Made by a program: the position numbers and the translations under genes
Notes under the pieces: model-generated
Database searches by the model: none
The model's input: only the letters and a program-made list of their open reading frames with translations
What the model was told of the DNA's origin: nothing
Part shown: positions 46,126 through 56,371 of the stretch, in pieces
Numbering within the stretch: the first letter of the stretch is position 1
Layout of the letters: every line of letters starts with the position of its first letter
From: Polyangiaceae bacterium
GTDB lineage: Bacteria > Myxococcota_A > Polyangia > Polyangiales > Polyangiaceae
Direction of reading: 5' to 3'
Assembly (NCBI GenBank): GCA_044376115.1
Contig: JBILLK010000020.1
Location: forward strand, 64,001-128,000
Length of the DNA stretch: 64,000 bases

Positions 46126-47325
46126 TCAGGGTAACTTCACCAGAGTGGGCACGTTGGTCGCGTTGGTATCGCCAATTCCAAGCTGCCCGAAGTCATTGCC
46201 ACCCCAACAATAGAGCTCGGTTGGTGAGACGTACGCGCACGAATGCAGCGTGCCCGTGCCGATCGCCACCACACCGCTCAAGCCCGAGATCGTGACTGGA
46301 AATGGGCTCGCAGGACCAGCGGTTCCGAGTTGCCCACTGCTGTTGCTGCCCCAACAGGAGACGAGCCCCTCGCGCAGTCCGCAGCTGTGAACGAAGCCTG
46401 GAGCGACTTGACCAAAACTTCCATCCACCAAAAGCGGCAGGCTGAACTCAGAGATCGAACCATCGCCCAGCTGACCACTGTCGTTGTCGCCCCAACACGC
46501 GGTTTCTCCCAGGCTCGAGGTAGCACAAGCATGGTTACCGCGACCTGCGCGGACCGACACGGCGGTGAAGGGCAACGCAACCTGCACCGGACTCTCGATC
46601 GTGGCGGGCGCAGCAACCCCACACTGCCCCTGACCGTTTTCTCCGATGCAAGACACCGCACCGGCTTGATCGAGGCTGCAGGTGAAGAACGCTCCAGCAG
46701 CGGCGGCGACTCCGCCATCGAAGATCCCTTCGGAGATCGGCGGGGTGAAGCCAACGCCCCAACAGCGCACGCTGGAACCATCGGCGGACTCCGTCACTGC
46801 GCAAGAGTGCCCCTCGCCGAGCGCGAGCGCCGTGACCTCACCGGAAAGCCCTTCCACTGCGGCCGGGATCGGGATCGAGGTTTGCGCACCAAGCTGGGGC
46901 AACGCCTGCCCAAACTCCGAAGCGCCCCAGCAGTAGACGCTCCCCGAAGTCAGCAACGCACAGGTGTGAAAGCTGCCGGCGGCGAGGAAGGTTGCCGGTT
47001 CAGGTAACGCGGCTTTGATCGGCGAAAGCGAGTCCGCCGTGTCACCGGTACCGAGTTGGCCTTTGGAGTTCCTACCCCAGCAGTAAACGTCGCCGTCGAA
47101 CGCTCGCAAGCATGAATGGCCGGCGCCAAGCGCCAGCTGCTCGACGCCGCCCACGCCGCCCCCTTGACCGCCTTCCCCTCCAAAACCGCCGCCTCCCAGC
47201 CCGCCGCCGCCCGGCGCCTGACCCGCGCCTCCCTCGGCTTCGTCGATCGGCAACGAGGACCGCGCGCCGCAGGCCAGCATAAGCAGGCAAACGGAAGAGA
47301 CCCGTTGTCGAGTACGCGTGGACAT
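46126..47325 (-). CDS. RCC1/BLIP-II repeat lipoprotein
   Basis: MLACGARS lipobox, Gly-rich linker, about seven G..HSC...V.CWG.N..GQLG repeats. Confidence 0.9.
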   Translation of the reverse strand: MSTRTRQRVSSVCLLMLACGARSSLPIDEAEGGAGQAPGGGGLGGGGFGGEGGQGGGVGGVEQLALGAGHSCLRAFDGDVYCWGRNSKGQLGTGDTADSLSPIKAALPEPATFLAAGSFHTCALLTSGSVYCWGASEFGQALPQLGAQTSIPIPAAVEGLSGEVTALALGEGHSCAVTESADGSSVRCWGVGFTPPISEGIFDGGVAAAAGAFFTCSLDQAGAVSCIGENGQGQCGVAAPATIESPVQVALPFTAVSVRAGRGNHACATSSLGETACWGDNDSGQLGDGSISEFSLPLLVDGSFGQVAPGFVHSCGLREGLVSCWGSNSSGQLGTAGPASPFPVTISGLSGVVAIGTGTLHSCAYVSPTELYCWGGNDFGQLGIGDTNATNVPTLVKLP

Positions 47326-47368
47326 GAGAAGACTCCTAGCACGTGTTCTGTCGCAGAAACGAGACCCC

Positions 47369-48016
47369 ATGCGCCTTCTGATCGACGAGCAGCTGGATGA
47401 ATATTGCCAGCGGCACACTTCCGACCCAAGCCCTAACTTGACTGAGTTGGTGCGCTACACGCGTGCGAATGTGGACGATTCGCAAATGCAGGTCGGGCAC
47501 GTGGAGGGTCAACTCCTGGCGCTGCTGATTGCAATCTCGGGGGCTAAACGCGTACTCGAGGTCGGCACCTTTACTGGGTATTCAGCCCTAGCGATGGCAG
47601 AGGCGTTACCGACTGACGGGAGGATCACTACCTGCGACGTGGATCCCGTCAACACACAGGTAGCGGCGCGCGCCTTCGAAGGCTCGGCGCACGGTCACAA
47701 GATCGAGCTGCTGCTCGGCGACGCCAAAAGCACCATCGCAGCGATGCCGGAAGAGCCGACCTTCGACTTCGTGTTCATCGACGCCGACAAAGGCAGCTAC
47801 GTCGACTACTACGAATTGGCGCTTACGCGCATGAAGCCAGGCGCGATCTTGGCGGCGGACAACACGCTTTGGAGCGGAAGGGTGCTTGCGCCCGTGGACG
47901 CGGATGACTTGGGCATCGTTCGCTTCAACGCGCACGTTCAAAAAGATCCGCGAGTGGCCAATGTTCTATTGTCGGTGCGTGACGGCATCATGTTGGTGAG
48001 GAAGCTGTGCTCCTAG
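47369..48016 (+). CDS. SAM-dependent O-methyltransferase (caffeoyl-CoA OMT-like)
   Basis: VLEVGTFTGYSAL, FDFVFIDADK, DNTLWSG and RDGI. Confidence 0.92.
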   Translation: MRLLIDEQLDEYCQRHTSDPSPNLTELVRYTRANVDDSQMQVGHVEGQLLALLIAISGAKRVLEVGTFTGYSALAMAEALPTDGRITTCDVDPVNTQVAARAFEGSAHGHKIELLLGDAKSTIAAMPEEPTFDFVFIDADKGSYVDYYELALTRMKPGAILAADNTLWSGRVLAPVDADDLGIVRFNAHVQKDPRVANVLLSVRDGIMLVRKLCS

Positions 48017-48771
48017 CGGTCGACGTCGGTAACACGAACATCAGCTTCGGCTTGCTCTCTGGTGGCAAGCTCGTGCACCACTTGCGCAGCGAGAGCGCTC
48101 GTCAGCGGACCTCCGACGAGTACGCCATCCTGGTTCGCCAGATGATGACGCTCTACGGAGTGGAGGCGTCCAGCATCAAGAGCGCCATCATCGCCAGCGT
48201 GGTTCCGGCGCTGACCGACACGATGGTCGCCTTCGTGCGTCGCGCCTTCAGCGTTGAACCCTTGGTGGTCGGGCCAGGCATCAAAACCGGCATGCCGATC
48301 CTGTACGAAGATCCGCGCGAGGTTGGCGCCGACCGCATCGTGAACGCCGTTGCCGGTTACGATTGGGCTGGCGGTTCGGTGATCGTCGTTGATTTTGGCA
48401 CAGCGACCACCTTCGACTGCGTGAGCAAGAAGGGTGAGTACCTAGGCGGCGTGATAACCCCAGGCGTGCAGATCAGCGCCGATGCGCTGTTTGCTCGCGC
48501 AGCTCGTTTGCATCGCGTCGACTTCGCCGTTCCGGCCAAGGCCATCGGCCGGAACTCGACGCAGTCGATGCAGTCGGGCATCGTGTTTGGGTACGCCGCC
48601 ATGGTGGACGGGCTTTGTGCACGCTTGAAGAAGGAGCTCGGGGAGGACGCGCGCGTGATCGCCACGGGTGGGCTCGCAACGCTGATTGGCAAGCAAACCA
48701 CCTCGATCGAAACGGTGGATAGCGACCTGACGCTGACCGGGCTTCATCTGATTCACCAGCGGAACCTGTGA
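48007..48771 (+). CDS. coaX: Type III pantothenate kinase
   Basis: LLAVDVGNTN, ASVVP, EVGADRIVN, VDFGTATT, GGVI.PG, IATGG and LTLTGL. Confidence 0.96.
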   Translation: MLLAVDVGNTNISFGLLSGGKLVHHLRSESARQRTSDEYAILVRQMMTLYGVEASSIKSAIIASVVPALTDTMVAFVRRAFSVEPLVVGPGIKTGMPILYEDPREVGADRIVNAVAGYDWAGGSVIVVDFGTATTFDCVSKKGEYLGGVITPGVQISADALFARAARLHRVDFAVPAKAIGRNSTQSMQSGIVFGYAAMVDGLCARLKKELGEDARVIATGGLATLIGKQTTSIETVDSDLTLTGLHLIHQRNL

Positions 48772-49799
48772 CTCAAACCAACGTCAGCGATGCAACGGGC
48801 CTGCAGCCGTTTCTCTTGAACAGCGCGCGAGTCATGCTGTTTGCTGCGGCCGCGTTGGTCGGCACGCCGCACCGAGCTGTGCTCGCCCAACCCAGCGCGA
48901 GCGCCGAGATCGACCTGGAGCTCTTGCGCCAGCGCTTCAAGCGCGCGCTGGCTCTCGAGGAACGCGCGAAGTGGACTGAGGCCAAAGCGGAGTTCGAAGA
49001 GATCGGCAAGCTCAAGATGACCGCGCAGGTGCGCTTCCACATCGGGCTTTGTGAAGAGTCGCTAGGCCAGCTCGCCACAGCCCTCGAACACTACGAGGCG
49101 GCGCTGCAGCTCGCGGAGTCTGACCGCAGCAACAACGAGGACGTCCTCACCACGGCGCCTGAGCACATCGCAGCCCTCGAGCCTCGCGTACCTCGGGTGA
49201 AGCTCACCGTTGAAAACGAGGGCTCAGCCGAGATCATTCTGGACGGCCAAGCCAAGGGAAAGGCTAAGCGCGGCGTCGAGTTCCGGCTCAACCCTGGCGA
49301 CCACCGGGTCGAGGTCGTGCGCCCAGGCCAAAGCAACTTCGTGCGCAAGTTCTCCTCGGAGGAATCTTCGGTCCTCGAGTTCTCGATTCCCGAGAGCACC
49401 GCGGTCGTCAGCAACGCCAACGAGACAAAGGCGCCGGCACCCAAACTCGTGACCGAGACTGAACCGGGGAACCCGGTTCCAGCCATCGTGGTTGGAGCGG
49501 GCGGACTTTCGTTGCTCGTCGCCAGCGGCGTCTTCGTAGGCTTGTGGCAAGCCGCTATCTCCGAGGTCCGAGCCACCTGCAATGAGCAGGATCAGCAGTG
49601 TAGTCCGGCGCTTGCTTCGCGAGTCGACGACGGCAAACTCTACAGCGGGTTGGCGTGGGGGCTTGGTGCGGCCGGCGTGGCCATGGCAGCGACAGGCGCC
49701 GTCCTCTACTTCACGCTCGGCCAAGACAGCACGGTTACCCGCAAAGCGGCGCTCCGAATCGGACCGGCCAACACAACCTTTACGCTTCAATTCGACTGA
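48768..49799 (+). CDS. TPR + PEGA-like domain protein
   Basis: [15 protein letters not shown] (TPR), LDG...LNPG.H.VEV (PEGA-like), C-terminal hydrophobic hairpin. Confidence 0.8.
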   Translation: MTQTNVSDATGLQPFLLNSARVMLFAAAALVGTPHRAVLAQPSASAEIDLELLRQRFKRALALEERAKWTEAKAEFEEIGKLKMTAQVRFHIGLCEESLGQLATALEHYEAALQLAESDRSNNEDVLTTAPEHIAALEPRVPRVKLTVENEGSAEIILDGQAKGKAKRGVEFRLNPGDHRVEVVRPGQSNFVRKFSSEESSVLEFSIPESTAVVSNANETKAPAPKLVTETEPGNPVPAIVVGAGGLSLLVASGVFVGLWQAAISEVRATCNEQDQQCSPALASRVDDGKLYSGLAWGLGAAGVAMAATGAVLYFTLGQDSTVTRKAALRIGPANTTFTLQFD

Positions 49800-49801
49800 C
49801 C

Positions 49802-52270
49802 ATGACCACCCTCGACGAAGACAGCTCAGGGTCCAACAACGATGATGAGACGGTCCGCAAAATCTTGGGTGGACCGCCCTCGGTTTTCGGCCCGCTGCTC
49901 GCAGCCTTCGTCATCATCTTGATCGAGGCCACCTCCAGACTCGACTTCAAGTTCCCGAATCCGCCGGCCATCCTGATGACCATCTGCGTCTTCTCCGCCT
50001 TCACCGGTGGAATGAAGATGGGCCTGCTAACGGCGGTGATCACGGTCACGTACTACCTTGGCTACTACGCGACCCCGGCCTGGTCGTTCAACTACACCGA
50101 AGACGATCTGCTCAGGGTGCTCGTTCATTTCGTCACGACGCCGGTCGCGGTCGTGATGAGTGGGCTCTCCAAGAGAGCGGCAGATCGGCTAGCCACGGCG
50201 TCGTTGAGACAAGAGCGTGAGCACTCAGCATCGCTGCTTTCGCTGTTGTCCGCGCGGCGTGAAGTCGAGAAGGAGCTCTCGCAGGCGAAAGAAGCCGCTG
50301 AGGCCGCCAACCGCGCCAAAAGCTACTTCTTGGCCAACGTCAGCCACGAGATCCGCACGCCAATGAACGGCATTCTCGGCATGACAACGTTGGCGCTGGA
50401 CACTGAACTCACGCACGAGCAGCGTGATTACCTCGAGACGGTACGCGCTAGCGCAGAAGCGTTGCTTTCGCTGCTCAACGACCTGCTCGACTTTTCCAAG
50501 ATCGAAGCCGGCAAGCTCGATCTCTCCCCCGCTCCTTTCAACGTGGTGGAGATGACCGCGGCGTCGGTGAAGAGCTTCTCGCTGCGAGCGCAGGAGAAGG
50601 GCTTGGAGCTCTTGGTCGACATCCCGAGCGAGGTCCCGCAAGCGATCGTCGGTGATGAAAATCGACTACGGCAGGTGCTGATCAACCTGGTTGGCAACGC
50701 CATCAAGTTCACCGACAGCGGCGAGGTCGAGGTCTCACTCACCGCCACGCCCGGGGAGAATCGCAAGATCAAGCTTGGCCTCTCGGTGCGAGACACCGGG
50801 GTTGGAATTGCCAAGGAGAAGCTCGGCTTGGTCTTTGACGCCTTCACCCAGGCAGACGGCTCGGCGACGCGCCGCTTCGGCGGCACCGGGCTCGGTCTCA
50901 CCATCTCTGCACGCCTCGTTCAAATGATGGGAGCGAACCTGCAGGTAAGCAGCCAACTTGGCCAAGGGAGCCGCTTCTTCTTCGAGATCGAGGTGGAAGA
51001 AGCGGACGCACCTGCGCGAGACACCTTCGGTGACCTGGTTCGAACCGTCGGCCCCAAGCGTGCGTTGGTGGTCGAGGACAATCCTCGTGCCCTCGCGTTG
51101 ATGGCTGCGCGGCTGGAGCGCGCAGGCTTCACCGTGGATGGCGCCGCCACCGGTGAGGCCGCCTTGGGTGCAGCAAAAGCGGCCTGCCCAGACCTGCTCA
51201 TCATCGACGAGTCGGTCAGCCTTTCAGCCGTTCGCAGAGAAGGCGGCGAACTCGAGTTGGCTACGCGGTTGCAACGGGAAACGAAAGCGCCGCTCATCAT
51301 GATGCTGACGGCCAAGAGTCAGTCGGTGCTGGCGCCGCGCATCCGCACGTTGGAGTCCGCGCTCTCGATCGTCAAGCCAACCAACGACATCAAACTGCTC
51401 GAGGCGATCGCCGTAGCGCTAGGCCATCGTCCCAGCATCGATGAAGTTCCGCCCTCCGAACGCTCGCTGCCCATCGATAAGCCCTCCCTTTCGATTCTCG
51501 TGGCCGAGGACAGCCCGGTAAACCAGAAGCTGTTGCGCAGGATTCTCGAAAAGGCCGGTCACGTGACTGTGCCCGCAGACGATGGGCAAAAAGCCTTGGC
51601 CGCTTTGCGTGAGGCCAGCTTTGACCTGGCGCTGATGGATATTCAGATGCCGATCCTCGACGGGTTGGCCACGATCGCTTTGTTCCGCGCCCACGAGGCG
51701 CAAACAGGTGCTCGTCGCCTTCCCGTAATTGCGGTGACCGCTCACGCGATGGCGGGAGACCGCGAGCGCTGTATCAGCGCTGGCTTCGACGGCTATGTGA
51801 CCAAACCGATCCAAATCCCTGAGCTGTTCACCGAGATGGACCGCTTGCTTGGGCAAGGGCCTCAGGCGTTTGCACGTGAGATGGAGAAGCGTGACTCGGT
51901 GCCTCCGCGGCCGCGCAGCGATAAATCTCGCGACACCAAGCTATGGGTAACTCGCACAGGTGGAGACGAGGAGCTGGCCGTCGAGTTGGGGGAGATGTTC
52001 TCCGAGGAGGCACCCAAGTTGATCGAAGCGCTGAAGAACTCGCTCAAGAAGGTAGATCCAGCCACCTTTGTTAGAACCGCTCATACCCTCAAGGGGCAGT
52101 CCGATCACTACGGTGACAAAGAAGCCTTTGAGTTGGCCCGGTCGCTCGAAATTCGCGGAAAAACGCAACCTTTGGCGGCCCTCGAGCAAGACGTAGCCCG
52201 GCTCGAAGCATTGATCGTCGCGCTCTCGCTCGACATCGCGAAGTATGTAGCGTCCAAACGCTCGGTCTGA
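49802..52270 (+). CDS. Hybrid sensor histidine kinase (TM sensor, HisKA, HATPase, two REC domains, HPt)
   Basis: [42 protein letters not shown] and AHTLKG. Confidence 0.95.
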   Translation: MTTLDEDSSGSNNDDETVRKILGGPPSVFGPLLAAFVIILIEATSRLDFKFPNPPAILMTICVFSAFTGGMKMGLLTAVITVTYYLGYYATPAWSFNYTEDDLLRVLVHFVTTPVAVVMSGLSKRAADRLATASLRQEREHSASLLSLLSARREVEKELSQAKEAAEAANRAKSYFLANVSHEIRTPMNGILGMTTLALDTELTHEQRDYLETVRASAEALLSLLNDLLDFSKIEAGKLDLSPAPFNVVEMTAASVKSFSLRAQEKGLELLVDIPSEVPQAIVGDENRLRQVLINLVGNAIKFTDSGEVEVSLTATPGENRKIKLGLSVRDTGVGIAKEKLGLVFDAFTQADGSATRRFGGTGLGLTISARLVQMMGANLQVSSQLGQGSRFFFEIEVEEADAPARDTFGDLVRTVGPKRALVVEDNPRALALMAARLERAGFTVDGAATGEAALGAAKAACPDLLIIDESVSLSAVRREGGELELATRLQRETKAPLIMMLTAKSQSVLAPRIRTLESALSIVKPTNDIKLLEAIAVALGHRPSIDEVPPSERSLPIDKPSLSILVAEDSPVNQKLLRRILEKAGHVTVPADDGQKALAALREASFDLALMDIQMPILDGLATIALFRAHEAQTGARRLPVIAVTAHAMAGDRERCISAGFDGYVTKPIQIPELFTEMDRLLGQGPQAFAREMEKRDSVPPRPRSDKSRDTKLWVTRTGGDEELAVELGEMFSEEAPKLIEALKNSLKKVDPATFVRTAHTLKGQSDHYGDKEAFELARSLEIRGKTQPLAALEQDVARLEALIVALSLDIAKYVASKRSV

Positions 52271-52287
52271 CATACCATCGGCCCGTC

Positions 52288-53187
52288 ATGACGCGCATTC
52301 TGGTTGTGGACGACTCGCCAATGGACCGGCGCCTCGCAGGAGGAATCCTCGCTAAGAATGGCTTTACCGTGGACTACGCCGGGGATGGTCGCGCGGCGCT
52401 GGAGGCCATGGCGGTAGAGCTGCCCAGTGCTGTGGTGACCGACCTGCAAATGCCAGAGATGGACGGCTTGGCGCTGGTTGCGGAATGTCGCCGGCTCCAT
52501 CCTTCGATTCCCATCGTACTGATGACGGCACACGGCAGCGCCGATACCGCGGTCCTGGCGCTAAAGACTGGAGCGGCGAGTTACGTGCCGAAGCGCAGTC
52601 TGGCCAGTGACCTGGTCAATACGTTGCGCGACATTCTGGCGCTCACCCGCGAGGTCGATCGCTCGAGCACGGTTGATCCGCTCGAGGTTCGCACGGTGAA
52701 CCTCGAGATACGTTCGAGCCTCGAAGCTATCGCAGAGGTCGTGGGCCAGCTTGAGTCTCACCTTATCCAGCTCGCCTTATGCGATGAGACCGGGATGCTC
52801 CAGGTTGGAGTGGCGCTTCGTGAGGCGTTGGTCAACGCCGTCGTCCACGGCAACCTTGAGGTGAGCTCCAAGTTGCATGAAGAATCCCCCACTCGCTTCT
52901 TTGAGGCGGTGAAAGAGCGGCAGGAGCTAGCTCCGTACAATGCTCGTAAGGTGAAGGTGCTCGCCGTCTACAGCCCGCTGGAGGTGATCTACACCATCAA
53001 AGATGACGGCCCCGGGTTCGACACCGCCGCGCTCCCCGATCCGACCGATTTGGAGAACCTCGACAAGCCGTCTGGTCGCGGCTTGATGCTGATCCGCACC
53101 TTCATGGATGACGTGAGCTTCAGCGCAACAGGCAGCGAGATCCGCATGGTGAAGCGGCGGGCCAGCGCGAAGCCTGCAACCGACTGA
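52288..53187 (+). CDS. Response regulator with C-terminal RsbW-like (anti-sigma kinase) HATPase domain
   Basis: ILVVDD, TDLQMP, MTAHG; EALVNAVVHGN, IKDDGPGFD and SGRGLMLIRTFMDDV. Confidence 0.9.
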   Translation: MTRILVVDDSPMDRRLAGGILAKNGFTVDYAGDGRAALEAMAVELPSAVVTDLQMPEMDGLALVAECRRLHPSIPIVLMTAHGSADTAVLALKTGAASYVPKRSLASDLVNTLRDILALTREVDRSSTVDPLEVRTVNLEIRSSLEAIAEVVGQLESHLIQLALCDETGMLQVGVALREALVNAVVHGNLEVSSKLHEESPTRFFEAVKERQELAPYNARKVKVLAVYSPLEVIYTIKDDGPGFDTAALPDPTDLENLDKPSGRGLMLIRTFMDDVSFSATGSEIRMVKRRASAKPATD

Positions 53188-53189
53188 CC

Positions 53190-53218
53190 TCGAGCGGCGT
53201 TAAAACGCAGCCGCTCGA
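53190..53218. terminator. Hairpin between convergent genes
   Basis: tcgagcggc-gttaaaacgca-gccgctcga: perfect 9-bp stem just after the stop at 53187. Confidence 0.55.
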
Positions 53219-53246
53219 TCAGCAGTCGGTCAATCAGCAGAGTCGC

Positions 53247-54278
53247 TCAATCAGCAGAGCGGAACAGGTCGCCCTCGAAGCGGAAGCCGAGCGCGATATA
53301 CGGAAAAGCCTGGCTAACGTCCTCACCTGTGCGAAACGGGTGCATCAGCCACCAGCCGGCGATCGCAAGTAGCGTTGGCTTGTTGAAGCTCGCCCCTGGC
53401 TCGTCAAAGAAGGTGTACGCCGCCAGCGGGCCAAGGCGCAGGATTGTCTGTCGGTCCTCCGCATCGCCAAGGTTTGCTTCGTCAATGAAGGAGTGGCTCA
53501 GAGAAAGCCGCGCCCCAGCCGTCAGACCAAAGTCACTGAGGTAGACCAGGTCCGTGTCGTTGTGGACGAACCAGGACTTGTCCTGCGTCAGCACATCGAA
53601 GCGAATGTGATAGTAGAGCGGCCGCTCTTCCTCGAGCCCGAGGTTCGTATAGGTGAACAAGACGTCGTCTCGCAAGACGATGGGGCCAAGTTTCACAAGC
53701 GCTGTGGCACGCGCGTTGGCTTCGATGCCGCCTCGCGGGTGATTGGCGTTGCGCTCCGTACCCTTCTTCAATGCGCTATCGGAGTAGTCCTCATCGGCGC
53801 TGGCAAAGGTCTGAATTTGGTTGAACGAACCAAAATGACCCACCTGATGGAAGCCAGCTGAGAGCGTGAGAAGGCTCAGAGGCTTTACTTCAATGAAGCC
53901 ACCCATCCGGGCATTGGCTGGGCTCACCGTAGGGGAGATGCCAATCGAAATGGCATTGTCACGCAGAGCCAGAGAGTCACTGGCGTAGAGACGGTGGCGA
54001 TAGACAAGGTTGTAAGCCACCTCCAGGCCGAGGGGATTGAGCCGGGCACCAACCAGAGTGTCGTAGGTAAAGCGGTCACTCGGAATGCGGGGCGGCGCTT
54101 TTGGCGCCTGCTCTTGGGGCGCCTGCTCTTTGGGCGGAGCAGCGGCCGCGGGCTCCCCTGCCTTCACCGCTGGTTGAATCGCGGGCGGTGAACTCGGCTC
54201 TGGCTCCGCCGCCTGAGCTACGCCGCCCGTAGAGATCATCACGCAAAATCCGAAGCCCCAGCGTCCCGCAGTTCCCAT
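53247..54278 (-). CDS. Hypothetical secreted/outer-membrane beta-rich protein
   Basis: Signal peptide (AQA), Pro-rich spacer, RLNPLGL, amphipathic strands and C-terminal GFRFEGDLF. Confidence 0.72.
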   Translation of the reverse strand: MGTAGRWGFGFCVMISTGGVAQAAEPEPSSPPAIQPAVKAGEPAAAAPPKEQAPQEQAPKAPPRIPSDRFTYDTLVGARLNPLGLEVAYNLVYRHRLYASDSLALRDNAISIGISPTVSPANARMGGFIEVKPLSLLTLSAGFHQVGHFGSFNQIQTFASADEDYSDSALKKGTERNANHPRGGIEANARATALVKLGPIVLRDDVLFTYTNLGLEEERPLYYHIRFDVLTQDKSWFVHNDTDLVYLSDFGLTAGARLSLSHSFIDEANLGDAEDRQTILRLGPLAAYTFFDEPGASFNKPTLLAIAGWWLMHPFRTGEDVSQAFPYIALGFRFEGDLFRSAD

Positions 54279-54318
54279 TCGGGGAGATTAGACGATGCGG
54301 ATTAAAGCCGGCTACGTT

Positions 54319-54346
54319 CTTGACAGACAAAGCCGCGAACCAATCT
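54319..54346 (+). promoter_or_regulatory. Possible sigma32-type promoter for the Hsp20 gene
   Basis: CTTGAC-N14-ACCAATCT against the consensus CTTGAA-N13/14-CCCCATNT, about 105 nt before the ATG. Confidence 0.35.
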
Positions 54347-54450
54347 TGGCCCTGCGAACTGACGACCGAGCAAAGCTCGAAGCAGCGCGCAAACCCAAGC
54401 ATTTCGTGCGTGATTCGTCGCGCACCGTCAACTCACGAGAGGTTCCTGTC

Positions 54451-54864
54451 ATGCAAAATCGGCTGTTTGATCTCGCTGGTCCCCTGGCCCTTTTCGACGG
54501 TTTCGCCCAGGCTCGGCCGCGCACGCTTTGGGCCACGGACTCACAAGCTGTTCGTGAAACCGAGCACGGCTTCGAGTTTTCGATCGATCTCCCGGGTGTG
54601 GACCCAAACACCGTAGAGGTGGCCGCAGAGGGCACCGTCTTGTTCGTTCGCGCCGAGCGCAAGCCGCGCTTCGAGGGCAAGGAGGCCGGCATAAAGCCCG
54701 GACGTGAACGCTACTCGCGGCAGTTCGATCTTCAGCGCCCAATCGATACCGCTAACGTATCGGCCTCGCTCGAGCAGGGCGTGCTCTCGATCACGGTGAA
54801 CAAGGCTGACGTGGCCAAGCGAGTGAAGATCCCGGTGCGAGTGACGCCTGGGCAGGCTTCGTGA
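54451..54864 (+). CDS. Hsp20/alpha-crystallin small heat-shock protein
   Basis: DLPGVDP..VEV, YSRQFDL and ASLEQGVLSITV.K...KRVKIPV; GAGAGG RBS. Confidence 0.9.
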   Translation: MQNRLFDLAGPLALFDGFAQARPRTLWATDSQAVRETEHGFEFSIDLPGVDPNTVEVAAEGTVLFVRAERKPRFEGKEAGIKPGRERYSRQFDLQRPIDTANVSASLEQGVLSITVNKADVAKRVKIPVRVTPGQAS

Positions 54865-54891
54865 TCGCCCATCCAAATCGAAAGGGAGCGT

Positions 54892-56370
54892 TCAGCGGGA
54901 CACTTTTTCGATTGCGTCGATCAATGTCTCGAGCTCGAACGGCTTATCCAATCGCGAATTTGGAATCTCTTGCAGGAAGGAGCGCGCCTTCTTGGTGAAG
55001 GCGCCTCCGGTCATGAAGATCATGCGACGTTCGAGGCCGGGAAACAATTTGCTGATCATCTCGTAAAGACCCGCACCGTCCATGCCTTGCATCATCATGT
55101 CGCAGACGATGACGTCGAACGAGTCGCCAGCGCGCAGTACTTGAAGCGCTCGCTCGCCACTTTCAGCCGTCGATACGTCGTGCGTTTGAGCGAGCAAGCC
55201 GCCAAGAGTCCGCAATAGCCGTGGCTCATCATCCACGAGCAGCACACGGCGCCGCGGAACGGCGACGGCTCGCGGGCTCGTTGGAGCGTTGACCTCACGC
55301 ACTGGCGCAGTAGGCAATAGTGTAACCAGCTCCGTCTGGTAAGGAGGTTCGAGACCGTCTTCGCTGGTTCGAGCAAACACCTGCCCACCGTGCTCGAGCA
55401 CGATGCGCCGACAGATCGCCAAACCTAGCCCGGTACCGCTCCTCGCGCCTTTGGTCGTGAAGAAGGACTCGAAGATCCGCGAGCGATGAGCTTCGTCAAT
55501 GCCAACGCCTGTGTCCGCAATCGCGACCTCGACTCGCTCGTCCACCGCTGTGCGCGTGCGGATGCGTATCCGATGCTGTTGCGAACTATCATCGGGCAGG
55601 GCCTCAGCGGCGTTGATCAGAAGATTGAGAAACACCTGACTCAGGCGACCTTCGTTGCCCAAGACGGGCGAAACCGGCTCGAAGTCTTCGATCAGGAGCG
55701 CGCGCGACAAGAGGCTCTTATCTGCCATCCGCAGCACGCGGCCGAGCACCGCGCGCACGTCCACCGTCTTGACTGAATCCGTATCGCCTTTGGAAAAGGC
55801 CCGCAGGTCACCAACAACCCCGCGCAAGCGTTCTAGCCCCTCACGAATCGTCTCCAACGAATCGGCGGGCATCTGCCCCGAGCCTGCTGACTTCTGCGCC
55901 AACTCGACCTGGGCGAGCACAAACGCGAGCGGGTTGTTGAGCTCGTGAGCAACGCTGGCTGCGACGGTGCCCAGCGACGCCATACGCGCCGAGAGCAGCG
56001 CCTTCTCCTGATGCTCCCGCTTCTGGGTAACATCGTAAGCGAACAGCGGGGTCACTTCGTGGTTGCGCCAACACAGGCGCGCGCCCACCTCAAACTCCAC
56101 CTCCAATACTGTCTCGCCTGCGGCGAAGCGGAAGACCCCGCGCGAGCCGATCACCGAGGACGATAGGAACTCGCGCAGCCTGCCTTTCTCATCAGCGCCT
56201 AGAGCCAGTGACGCGAGGTCGGCACCTGGGGACAAGCCCTCGGGCCACAACTGTTGGAACGGCCGATTGGCCCACTGAATCTGCGCCTCTTTCTGCACGC
56301 AAGTGGCCACAGGAAGCGCGTTGAGGAGTGCTTCGTATTCGAGTTCCGACGCCAGGCCCTGGGCGTTCAC
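54892..56370 (-). CDS. Cytoplasmic hybrid histidine kinase (PAS-like, HisKA, HATPase, REC)
   Basis: VAHELNNPL, QVFLNLLINA, DTGVG, FFTTK..GTGLGL, LLVDDE, CDMMM and FMTGG. GTG start 1 nt after the upstream stop. Confidence 0.92.
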   Translation of the reverse strand: MNAQGLASELEYEALLNALPVATCVQKEAQIQWANRPFQQLWPEGLSPGADLASLALGADEKGRLREFLSSSVIGSRGVFRFAAGETVLEVEFEVGARLCWRNHEVTPLFAYDVTQKREHQEKALLSARMASLGTVAASVAHELNNPLAFVLAQVELAQKSAGSGQMPADSLETIREGLERLRGVVGDLRAFSKGDTDSVKTVDVRAVLGRVLRMADKSLLSRALLIEDFEPVSPVLGNEGRLSQVFLNLLINAAEALPDDSSQQHRIRIRTRTAVDERVEVAIADTGVGIDEAHRSRIFESFFTTKGARSGTGLGLAICRRIVLEHGGQVFARTSEDGLEPPYQTELVTLLPTAPVREVNAPTSPRAVAVPRRRVLLVDDEPRLLRTLGGLLAQTHDVSTAESGERALQVLRAGDSFDVIVCDMMMQGMDGAGLYEMISKLFPGLERRMIFMTGGAFTKKARSFLQEIPNSRLDKPFELETLIDAIEKVSR

Positions 56371-56371
56371 A

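Noticed and set aside
15850..48771. panC and coaX as a CoA biosynthesis cluster
   Set aside because: They are about 31 kb apart in unrelated operons.
54346..54373. CIRCE operator before Hsp20
   Set aside because: Only loose left-arm similarity; the right arm does not match GAGTGCTAA.
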